From Amoebophrya sp. A120 (Eukaryota; Protista; Dinoflagellata), in assembly GCA_905178155.1 (NCBI GenBank), contig CAJINV010000012.1:1182492-1246491 (forward strand): 64,000 nt of DNA. Direction: 5' to 3'. Every line of letters begins with the position of its first letter. The first letter of the stretch is position 1. Positions 56,001 through 64,000 of this stretch are shown piece by piece. The position numbers and the translations under genes were made by a program. Under the pieces are notes generated by a model, which worked only from the letters and a program-made list of their open reading frames with translations, was not told the origin of the DNA and did not search any database.

Positions 56001-58080
56001 AAAAGGACTTGCTTTGTATTTGTTTTCCTGATAATGTCGTGCTGACGCTGAGTAGACGTGCTTTATTTTGCTGTGCGACTAGTTGTGCGTATTCGCAAGA
56101 GTCGTGTCGAAAAGTGCAGTCAAAGGAAAAATACACTTTTACATGTTAGCGTACTCCTTCGACCAATCGGGGTCGAACATCTTCTCAAGCCTCTGCATTC
56201 GGCAGGTTATGCTCTCGTCGCTTACTATTCGTGTTCTATGTGGAGAAGATGAAGATCATGCGAACTTACAAACAAAAAAGATGGCGTCGTAGCATTGAAA
56301 ATGTATGTGATCAACAGATAACAGGACCAGGTCCAACGACGACCTTGAGAAATAATAAAAAGTATTACTCGTTATTGCAGTGGCACTCTCTACCGTTAAA
56401 CCATTGGCAAGCCGCCTGCACAGTGCCGCCGTTGAACGGGATCTTGATCTGGACAGGGCATCCACCGGCCTTTCCGCTTACTAAGTCTTCGGCATACTGC
56501 CACTTGGCGCCCAAGGCTTCCGCCGAGTTCGGGAAGGTTCCACCTAGCTATCACCTTGAAAAAAGTTCGCTCCCTTGAGAAAGGCGATGGCTGCGCTAGC
56601 GCACTACTTCCCGTTTTGACGAACGAAGCTAACATCATTCTATGCTTCGCACATCAGTACAGACGAAATTTTCGATGCAGCGATGCACCATTCGATCCAG
56701 AGCGGTAATCTGCAAGGCGTCTTGTAACACGATTGATCAATACAAGACAACTCACTGCTCTAGCTTTAGCCACGATTTTAATGGGGATGGGCTGCGCAAT
56801 TCTCCGTCCGTCTATACGTTTCCTTTTTTACGAAACGGGACAGCGCTAATTTAGTGAAAATTTCGTCTGGCCGACATTGCTGGACCTTGGCAGTGCGGAG
56901 AGCGAAACTCTTTTCAAGAACATAAGGGCCCCGCCGTGTGCCTGTAGCAGGCAGTGCTCGAACCCCCGACGGGTTTCCAGCCTTCTGCGCACCCGCACTG
57001 CTCGTAGTAGCCTTCTGCTTCTGTTTTCGAAAGGCAGGAGGCTGCGCCGGCCTGTATGAAAGAAGCAGGCACCGCAGCCCCATCATCCGCACTCGACTCC
57101 CCGACTAGCGGCCAAGACGTGGACCAGCCTGTATGTAATTTGATTTGTGTGCGGCCAAAGAAATATTCACTGCGCGCGATTCAACTTACGCGTGATGCAC
57201 AAGTACAACTCAGGCCACGCTGTACGACCCACAAAAAGATGCGCGCCGAATGCGCTTCGGCCCGCAGGCACAGGTGCACATCATAGGTAATATGACTGCA
57301 GTGAAAGCGGTACAATATCGGCGGGAAGCCACTCACTTGATCTTAAACAACCACAGCAACCCAGATAAGTAACAAGAAGAAGAACGCATACACAACACCT
57401 ACATAACACGAGAACATAGATAACACGAGAACCCAACATCAAGAACATGAACATCTAACTACTAAGTATATATAAATAAAATACATACCCACTTGGTCGC
57501 CGAACGGCTGCGGCACCAGGAACAAAACCTGCAAGCCCAGGCCAATCGTGGCGGTCACCAGCACGAAAATCAAGACCTGGAAGACGAACTTGCGCAACAG
57601 GGTTTTGATCCCTGGAGCGGCATGGTCCTCACCGAGGAGTCCAGCCTTCTTCGCCAGCAACTTGTCGTCAGCCGGGTGGTCGCAGGCTCCGTACGCTTCC
57701 GCGTTGACCAAACGCTGCGACTCCTGTTGCTTCGCGAACAACCTGGAGTTGAGTTTTGAATTTGTATTTGAACTTGTGACGCAGCTGCATCAAGAAGATT
57801 CGATTTCATCTAACTACATCTAGACTCAAACTCATCTTGGAGTAGCGCTTCATCCGCCCACAGGGGAACTCAATGGAACTCCGTCTACTTACTTCTCCTC
57901 ACAGATGCAGGACAACCAAGTTTCTTTGCCAAGGTCGAGATAGCAACACTAAAAATATATCTAAGTGCAAAAATATTACGCTTCCGCTTCTTTGGCCGGC
58001 GACATGGCCATCTTCTCGGTTTGCTCCAGGACCGCGCCCGCCTCAGGGGCGCCAGTTTTCACTTCCTGCGAAGCCGCCAT
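35046..58080 (-). CDS. Large putative surface protein: possible N-terminal TM, Ala/Thr/Pro/Glu-rich stalk, two C-terminal ShK-like Cys domains; contains a 15.4-kb GT-AG intron (35847-51288); 5' part above ~55000 tentative
   Basis: Splicing CAG G|GT at 51288 to AATCAG|GT at 35847 gives CADDPVFKDSQG|FKCKEWTEAWC..HCKQKCGFC. This parallels the downstream repeat CDEDDAFFRDKKGYNCAQWSSYDC..HCRKTCNHC. Introner removal joins ORFs 52970-53440, 52536-52895 and 51068-52477 in frame. A TM-like segment lies in 57439-57741. Confidence 0.7.
35157..35308. mobile_element. Introner, singleton family
   Basis: TATTTTGCCGGACACTA / TAGTGTCCGGTAAAATA; direct repeat degenerate (AAAAT/ACATT). Confidence 0.7.
38018..43458 (-). 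CDS. Multi-exon cargo gene of unknown function with canonical introns
   Basis: GC3-rich exons (within ORFs 42940-43458, 42463-42684, 40101-40709, 39610-40083, 39268-39600, 38830-39195, 38445-38729, 38018-38440) are separated by AT-rich introns, e.g. TATGAG|GTAAAG..CGCTAG|GTTGTC and CTCACT|GTACGT..AATCAG|CTGCGC. It could be more than one gene. Confidence 0.6.
41450..42163 (+). CDS. Tyrosine recombinase (phage integrase/Crypton-like catalytic domain), intronless, 237 aa
   Basis: Box I LLQCLTGRRGADVRQLCWEDL (R); DSKT (K); box II SHTPRRSFCT (HxxR); MSGHKS (H); FLRY (Y). Basic N-terminus PPKQKRKK; no obvious N-terminal core-binding domain. Confidence 0.93.
   Translation: MAPPKQKRKKPPCARAKQAAKSKTAQKIPAQAEHAEKSGALTMKDCGRFGEHLRDSTGRKKAAGLRAQFAWLLQCLTGRRGADVRQLCWEDLNPEWTQIQVGDSKTARGGGRGLLACCPIAPGAETLMTLANFRKHCEREAPDGKLSGPIFSFSYHAYEKLIRKARQGFTPCDPESCRPSAITSHTPRRSFCTRLILQGVAPTVVQQMSGHKSATSFLRYVATGFAFRHQAAKRLDL
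43884..44558 (-). CDS. Hypothetical element-encoded protein with a possible Zn-binding motif and a charged helical C-terminus
   Basis: 224-aa ATG ORF containing HSC..FYCNFCPFNRSWRAHL followed by a K/E/A-rich helix. Confidence 0.45.
   Translation of the reverse strand: MTSSGFGPTASPAAVSRPKVRASGKIARKSYEIVESSITKRAFGESNYWKCPRVVCFAPAPPAGKQLAKRDNFPARTLCLIITHSCPYDRSFNVRKLVPELAQTGLREYNFYCNFCPFNRSWRAHLPLKYRSEAARAAHENRVAASNQPAAARSQAVVKCVTKVAASLEMKDISKARKAWLKKVGKFLDEEISDPAEAEERRAQEEMQRFINANVPNEPAVAPA
44675..44925. repeat. Two diverged ~50-bp direct repeats about 200 bp apart
   Basis: GAGCATAGCACGCGGACCAGGCGAGGCGGATAG (44675) versus GAGCGTAGCATGCGGACCAGGCGAGAAGGATAG (44875). Confidence 0.65.
45380..46261 (-). 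CDS. Element-encoded ORF/exon, possibly a C-terminal exon of the transposase gene
   Basis: 293-aa protein-like open frame downstream of, and co-oriented with, the transposase; no motif recognised. Confidence 0.45.
   Translation of the reverse strand: MRVAAENTSENDAGLDAEDEGLRDAVFDYAFDPTVVEENIKAAERFVDERWERAVTLADDLEIPPPSAELLPHHFKPFGSAIKISEYLGHGHDGNPASQGLGMLLRSEADKKNQQAWLVFFIKPGNALINRCTRMPASAYSSNNSSSARNGPSGDSHGGSSSSSSSSSSAPARADLLQPDQGVKAASDECYKLVPGEWKSLGRWAEDYLCSSNRKVTNISFERVTPSSVLLEVHAVATAGGLQGSSSVGPALDACDRELRVRVLGGLCIESGANHRNCCHATRWSSKISRVIS
47132..50396 (-). CDS. hAT-like DDE transposase (multi-exon)
   Basis: ORF 47132-48610 contains VIIWVTDSASDV (second D), VCQLHQYDLL (CxxH), VKTRWMSL (RW) and WW..LLRQIHPASQGAESQHSVL (catalytic E, resembling hAT PATSxxxERxFS). 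The first D is probably in RQFITDS near 49310. Upstream exons lie in 49200-49487 and 49620-50396. Confidence 0.8.
49064..49302. mobile_element. Introner-like element inside the transposase gene
   Basis: IR TATCCCAACCAAAATCCCCACAAACATCGCAC / GTGCCATGTTTGTGGGGATTTTTGGACAAGATA; direct repeat degenerate. Confidence 0.7.
52482..52738. mobile_element. Introner family A
   Basis: Family A TIRs; repeat CTAGT/CTAGC; removal restores AELPL|VSRKAVGE. Confidence 0.9.
52854..53000. mobile_element. Introner family B
   Basis: Family B TIRs; direct repeat TGCGT; removal restores the frame. Confidence 0.92.
53473..53725. mobile_element. Introner family A
   Basis: TATCAAATGCAAATA / TATTTGCATTTGATA; direct repeat CGCTG. 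Confidence 0.92.
53791..53940. mobile_element. Introner family B
   Basis: Family B TIRs; direct repeat CTCTT. Confidence 0.9.
53947..54250. mobile_element. Degenerate family A-like introner
   Basis: CATCAAAGGCAAATGTG..TCTGGG / CCCAGACATCTTCACATTTTCGATGCATA; repeat TCTTG/TCGTG. Confidence 0.5.
54269..54532. mobile_element. Introner family A
   Basis: Family A TIRs; direct repeat ACTGC; body closely similar to 18884-19146. Confidence 0.9.
54685..54936. mobile_element. Introner family A (subfamily A2)
   Basis: Family A TIRs; direct repeat GCCCG. Confidence 0.92.
55655..55830. repeat. 14-bp minisatellite (GCTAGGTTGGTGRT)n
   Basis: About 9-10 imperfect tandem copies. Confidence 0.85.
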
Positions 58081-59656
58081 TTCTTTTTGGACTCCCTTTG
58101 GTGCCGAGCGTGAAACTGAAAGCCCTTTGCTTATATGGTAAAATTTAGGTTTTCGGATTTTAAACGAGCCGCGAACTGCGATTACGTTTCTTGTGCTTTC
58201 TAATTGTGTTTCTGAAGTTTTCGAAAGTCTCGACCTACGAAGTGTATCCGCGCAACAGCAGACAACTGATGACGTTTTTATTGCCTGTTCGGGATGTTTA
58301 ATCATTGCAGAAATTATGACACGACGTTTGTTTTCATGTCATTAGTGGTCTAAACGTCTACGATGCGGGGCCTTTTAGCAGGTCTCCACGACTACACGAA
58401 GAGCCACGACGAAGGAGTACGGCACGTTTTTAGAGTGGTGATGCCGCCGCTAGAACGAAAGCTACCACGTCGACGACCTTGGTATTGATATACAGGAACG
58501 ATATTTCTGCTTGCGCATGAAAGTGGAACGAAAGCGACTTAGACGACCTCCACGATTATACCCTGCTAATACGTATACTTTCTGAGACCACGACGACGAC
58601 GCACGCCCGTCGTGACATGTTCGATAGAACCATACGCAAACGACAGCTGATTTCTACTACGGTAAACTGCTTATACACAGAGGACTGACGAACGAGGCCC
58701 CGCCCACGACACACATCATTGTTGAAGATGTTCCTTTGTGCATGTCAATTTATGAATCTATGCCGGACTTCAGGACCATTAGCCTCTGTTTGGACGATGT
58801 GGCCTTCCTACCAAAGCGAACAGTGCGCGGAAGCACCGCGGAAGCACCTGAATTCCAGGGCGGAGTAGACGAGGTGTTGTGAACGGCAATGGTCACATTG
58901 ACTTTTCCTCGCATAGATTTTGGATTCTTTAATTAATGTTTCTACTCACTGTTGAAAAAATCAATCATACCGTTGAAACGCGGTGGATTCGAAAGCTTTT
59001 GCAGCTTCGTTCCGAGTAAAGATTGGAGGCACTTTTACTGGATACTGACACTTCGAAGTTATTTAAAAAGTTGGCTGGATATCACAAACGCAATGTTTCC
59101 TTATACTCACTTCTTTGGCATTTCACTTTTATTAGGATATTCAGCAATTATATGCAACAAATTAGTCAGACTCCTATATGCCAAGACTGGTTTCAAAGAA
59201 AACGCCAAAGCAGGAGCGGACTCTTTGCAGCTAAAACGCAAATTCACACTAAACTCGATATTCCTTCGGACCGACGAAGATGTTCGCACTTAAAAACTCA
59301 TGCGACGCTAAAAGAGACAAAAGAAAATGAATTTTGCGGTGACGAAACTGAGGTGTTGATTGATATTCGTTACAAATGGAATGTATTTCGTCCGCTTCAT
59401 ATATTTGTATTTGACAAAGTTAAAAATACGGGTGGCTGCCTATCAACATCGCTGAGTGTCTTCGTTCGGTGTAAAGATATCTTTTCGGATGATGAAAAAC
59501 AATGCAAGTCGATTACGATTCGAGATCCATCCGTGGCTCTCAGAAATATTCCCCGCATGCTGGAGAATTCAAGAAAAAACTCATACGATAGGTCTAGTTG
59601 GCTGTGTACATGAGGCGCGCCCCTTTTTGCTGCACACACAAGTCGTCGATCTGCCT

Positions 59657-62600
59657 CTACAACCGCCGCAACCGTCTCTCCACAGCTAGGGCGTGTCTCC
59701 TATCAAATGCAAACATGTCTGGGTCTGGAAGATTTCTAGATTTGTCGTGCATATTTTCCATGAGCCATGATGTCTGTGATGCATGCCGTAGCATCACAGA
59801 TTTTTAGAGGGCTTTGTGATACCTCTACCGCATGAGAAATGCTCTCTCCACGTAGGACAAACCCGACCCCACTTGCTGGTCATGCAACACAATTTTTTTT
59901 GGAATCCACAGACAGCATCACAAGTTGTGACCTTCCAGACCCAGACATTTTTGCATTTGATATCTCCGACTCTGCTGCAATTCCAATCGTAACTCTCTCA
60001 TTTGTAAAAACGTCCCCACCCCAGAGTTGTCATGCAGATTTGCAATGACAGAAACATTTGTAATGCGCATCTTCATGAGAGGCATTTCTAATGGTGTTTT
60101 GGCATTTGTAATGCTGTAACCAGGATGAGCAGATGGATTTGTGATGCGTTTTTCCCTGCTAACCTGCACTACACTGCGTACCGCAACTTCTGATGCGTGA
60201 CCTCCAAAAGTTCTAGGTTTGTGTTGCAAAATCCCCATGTTGACTCTGGGGTGGGGATGTTTTTACTCAGGATAAACTCTTCCATCTCGGCTAGCATGGC
60301 CTTCTCCTGTTTTTTCTGCGCAAGTTTTGCTTCCAGGTCGGTCACACGGGTTTTCAGTTCGGTTTCCTTCTTTTTCTGCAGCATTTTCTGCAAAAACTGG
60401 AAAAAAAGCTGCTGCGGCTCGTCTTCTCGAGCTGCTGCTTTGGTGCCGGAGGCACTGTTCGTCTTATCTTCACCCGACCACGAGTTGTATGAAGGTGCAC
60501 AAGAACCAGACGCGGCTGCTTCACCGCAAATGTCCCGCAGAAGCTGCGGTAGCACGAGAAGCTCTTCGCTTGCTGAATTTGCGGCCGCAAGGTAGTCGTA
60601 GCAGGGCATCATCATCTCAGTAGCGGGACCCGCCGTCGCGCGCCCGGAAAGTGCTGCTGTTGTCCCTGCTTTGCTTTTAAAGGACACCTTGGAACAAACA
60701 CCGGCAGGGAAATGCAGGGGCGGAAGGGCTGAAGTGGGATGACCTGTTTGATATAACCCGGACGATTCAAAGCCATGATGATCCATCTGATCGCCAACAC
60801 CACTATCGGCAATATTTCCGCGATTGTTCAAATGATCTTGCTATCAACTGTAAAAGTGTCTGGGTCTGGAAGAATCCATGTTTGTCATGCTTGTCTGGCA
60901 TGACTCTTAAATCTGTCATGCACGTTACCCAAGAGCTCCGTTTTTCTGTGATGCAGAAGCGCAGCTTGTCATGCAGAATAGGCAACACCTAGGAGCTCAG
61001 AAACTTGTCATGCTGAGCCAGCATTTGTAGCCTCATCATGAGACGCCACCCAGCATCACAAGTTTCCAGACCCAGACATATTTGCATCTGATACTTGCAG
61101 AAACGCAAGCTCCGCGTCCTTCACAATGGAACTCAGCGTTGCTCGGTCGAAATAAGTAGTGTCGTGTGCGCCTCCTGTTGATGTACTGCCCTCTTTGTAC
61201 TCGCTTGCTGCTTCTTCGTTCGCTGGAGATTTTTTGTTCTTCTTGTTTTTCCCCGTTATGATCTTTTCCGCCGGTACTTCTTCCGCAGTACTAGATCCTA
61301 GTTCTCCAAAGACGACCTTGAACGCCTGAACGAGCGAAACATTCGCCTCCTTCTCGGCTTTTCTCAACTCCTTGTCGCGGAATCTGAAGGGCTTGTTTTG
61401 TAAAATCTTCCCGTAGTCGAATCGCAGCTGAAGTTCTTTCGTTTCCGAATCTTCAATGTTAGTTTCGTCGTTCTTTCGAGTTGCAGATGTCGTTCTCGTT
61501 GACAGTTGCACAAATTGCAAGAAGCTACCGTCTAAAATTCTTATCCCCGGCGACTCCTCCTCTTTGCGCTTGGAAGTTGTACAAGATTCCTCAACTTGAT
61601 GTTCGCGGAACCGGTTCGAACTTCTTAAGTTCTCTTTCTTCTCCATGTAGAACACGTTTTGCGCTAGTTTTCCACCCGGCATATTAGGAGAAATACAAGG
61701 CGCTCCCTTCTGCACTAGCTCGTCCTTTTGCTCCTCCAATAATGTTTTGATATCCCGCGACTTGTCGATGTCCACATGATTGTTCAGTTGCTCCTTGATA
61801 AACGCTATGCATTGCAGATATGTCTGGCTCTGGGAACTTGTGATGCAAGGCAGAGAATAGGGAGCGCACTGTTTCATGCGCTGCCAAGCAGGACAACTTT
61901 TTCCACCATGGTTCTCAGTTGCGTACTCCGCGTGAGAAGCAGCGTTTTTGCATGACAGGTAAGAGGAGCTCATTGCGGCCACGCAATACAGAGTTCAGAC
62001 TCATGCCAGGCTAGCATCTCAAATATCGCAATCTCCCAGACCCAGAAATGTTTGCATTCGCTAAACGCGCTTTTCGTTTTCCCGAACAAACCACCGGCGG
62101 TGGTCCTGGCAGAATTGCCCGCCTGGCCGGTTTTGTTCGTCATTGCGGTCGTACTCGTTTCCGAGCCGCGCACGGAGCTGCCTCGGCCCAGCGGCACCAC
62201 GGTCGGGGTGTACTGTTCCTGGAATTTCTTCTTGTCGCGGTCCGACCACTGGTCGTAGTTCACGGAAAACATTTGCACGTCGCTCTCCGACTCAGTGACC
62301 GTTTCGTGAATGACTTTCCGGCTGTCCACGCCGAAGGTGTTGATCATAATCAGCGAGTTTTCGTGGTACTTCCGGTAGAGCTCAAACCAGCTCCGGACTA
62401 TCCCGCCCTTCGTTCGCTTCAGCAGCAGTGCGTACTCGTGGTAGAGCAGGTCAAAATCCTCGATTTTGGTCATGGTTTTCCCGTAAATCTTGATGTTTCC
62501 CTTCAGCAAGCAGTATATGACCTGCTTAAACATTACAGTCTCAAACGTTACAATAGAATGTCGAAATCTCTGATGCAAGAGTGCATGATCTAGCCAACTC

Positions 62601-64000
62601 ACGTAAGATTGCGCATGACACGTTCCGGAGCCCCAAACCCCACTACAATCTGACGAAATTTGTATTGCAAAAGGTGGAACGCTATGCGAGTCTGTCATGA
62701 CCATCATGCAACACAAATTCCAGATTCTATTGTAACGTGGTTTGAGATTGTAACGCTTGAGCAAGTTGTACAGTACTGCAGCAGCTTCTTGCAGTTCTCC
62801 GGTTTCCAAAATTTTTTGTAGGCTTCCCGGTCGTTTTGCAATAGGAAATTCTTCACCAGCTTTTTCAGCGCTATCTGCCTCCCCTTCTGGCACTCGCAAG
62901 AACTGGTGGTTGATGATGATGCAGCAACTCCGCTCGGCGCGGCGGTTGGTGTTGCCGCGGGATAGTCCTTACGTCTTCCGCTAGAAGAAGTAGTCGCTGT
63001 GCTAGTTCCCGTGCCGGCGCTAAAAGAACTGACACCACCACCAGCATGCAAAGAAAAACGTGTTACAGTTACACATCTGTTGTCAATTCAGCAGCACAAA
63101 TTTCTGCGCATGAGGAAGAAAACTTGCAATGCAGAAATCCTACGGGAAAACACCTATGAAACGAGGCTGCTATGCATATTCGGCATGACAGAGCTTGTCT
63201 GTCTTGCTTGGAATGCAACACAAAGTGTAACTGTGACACTTTTTTAGCGCGATAACCACTCGATTCGTAGTTCTTGTTTGGGTCGTAGTCGAACACGAAC
63301 GTTTCCTTGGGCTGCAGTATCAAAATGAAAAATCCCCCCTCTCCATACTAAAACGGAGACTTGTGTAGCGTGATTTGCTACCACAAATTATCGCGTTGTC
63401 ATGCTAGAAGGCAAAAGATGTAGACACTGTAGTGCTGGCTGGCGTGGGAACAAAGCCTTGCATCTTCAGCATGACAGGAGGCAACTGGGAGTGGTGCGAG
63501 ACAGCATGACAAATTGCCTGCAATTCAGGCCACAACAAACTGCGTCTCTTGGCCTTCTAGCAATACAAGTCGATTTGTGTACGCAAATCCAGCATCACAA
63601 ATGTCCTTTTCAATATGGGGAGGTGGGATTTTTCCTCGCAATATGCAGAATGATCGCTTCAAACAGCGTGGAGAGCAGCACGAAGTCTGGGTCTTTCCCG
63701 CTCATCAGGTCGCCGAACACGATGGTCGAGTTGACGTCCATGAAGATCATGATGCGTTCCTTGGGCCGCGAAAACCGCTCGATGATGCGCGTGAAAAACT
63801 CGTCATCGGTCATGGCATCCAAGATGCAGACCTTGCACAGCACCACATTGTACTCCTTACTGTACAGGATCGGCGAGCACGTGGTCTCGCGCGTTGAAGA
63901 TGTCGCGGAGTTTGCGGCTACTTGATCCCCCGCCGGGCGGTCGTCGTTGTTCATCGGGTTTATTTTGCTACTGGTGCTACTGTAACCGTCCTCATACACA
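59657..64000 (-). CDS. HAD-superfamily-like protein with a C-terminal coiled coil; 5' end at or beyond the window edge; 7 introners
   Basis: RIMIFMDVNSTIVFGD resembles HAD motif I (DxNxT); later LIMINTFGVD. Introner removal gives in-frame joins KKLLQYC|LLKGNIK and MEE|LRLELQQSRR|HALAVERRLRRL*. Confidence 0.65.
59701..59962. mobile_element. Introner family A
   Basis: Family A TIRs; direct repeat TCTCC. Confidence 0.95.
59996..60274. mobile_element. Introner family G
   Basis: Opposite-orientation homologue of 23243-23522; direct repeat AACTC. Confidence 0.9.
60842..61093. mobile_element. Introner family A (subfamily A2)
   Basis: Family A TIRs; direct repeat CTTGC. Confidence 0.95.
61806..62063. 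mobile_element. Introner family A
   Basis: Family A TIRs; direct repeat AACGC; body similar to 52482-52738. Confidence 0.88.
62516..62770. mobile_element. Introner family E
   Basis: Homologous to 9726-9980; direct repeat CAGTA; removal restores the frame. Confidence 0.9.
63042..63254. mobile_element. Introner family D
   Basis: AAAAACGTGTTACAGTTACAC / GTGTAACTGTGACACTTTTTTAGCGCGATA; direct repeat ACCAC. Confidence 0.8.
63318..63643. mobile_element. Introner family F
   Basis: Family F TIRs; direct repeat TGCAG; body similar to 24137-24443. Confidence 0.92.

Noticed and set aside
59023-59613. 196-aa plus-strand ORF in an AT-rich intergenic stretch
   Set aside because: Non-ATG start, no recognisable motif and opposite to the local gene orientation; unsupported without a homology search.
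17570-63925. Recurrent peptides such as PDPDIF, CKNVWVWK, FQTQTF, MSGSG and GGGIFP in many short ORFs
   Set aside because: They are translations of introner TIRs, not a protein repeat family.
1-64000. tRNA, rRNA or dinoflagellate spliced-leader (CCGTAGCCATTTTGGCTCAAG) sequences
   Set aside because: None recognised by eye; a covariance-model search would be needed to exclude divergent copies.

Overview
Eukaryotic genomic DNA, most consistent with a syndinian/dinoflagellate parasite such as Amoebophrya (inferred from architecture, not from a database match). (1) 1-7900 holds two GC-rich satellite arrays and a fold-back repeat block. (2) All recognisable host genes lie on the minus strand: a family I inorganic pyrophosphatase, a GBP/atlastin-like GTPase ending in a CaaX box, a large Ala/Thr-rich protein with ShK-like Cys domains, a HAD-like protein, a secreted repeat protein and some unknowns. 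These genes are broken by about 48 short (130-335 bp) elements from at least 8 sequence families. The elements have TAT...ATA terminal inverted repeats (TIRs) and 5-bp direct repeats. Removing an element plus one repeat copy restored the frame at every junction I translated, and the junction examined for splice dinucleotides has no GT/GC-AG pair (introner-type non-canonical introns). (3) The most unusual feature is a nested structure inside a 15.4-kb GT-AG intron of the ShK-like gene. An outer element (40-bp TIRs, 8-bp TSD TAAAAGTT) carries, exactly at its centre, a 14.6-kb element with perfect 89-bp TIRs. The inner element encodes a hAT-like DDE transposase and a multi-exon cargo gene, and an intronless tyrosine recombinase with all catalytic residues lies antisense inside one cargo-gene intron. 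Coordinates were counted by hand and may be off by a base or two.
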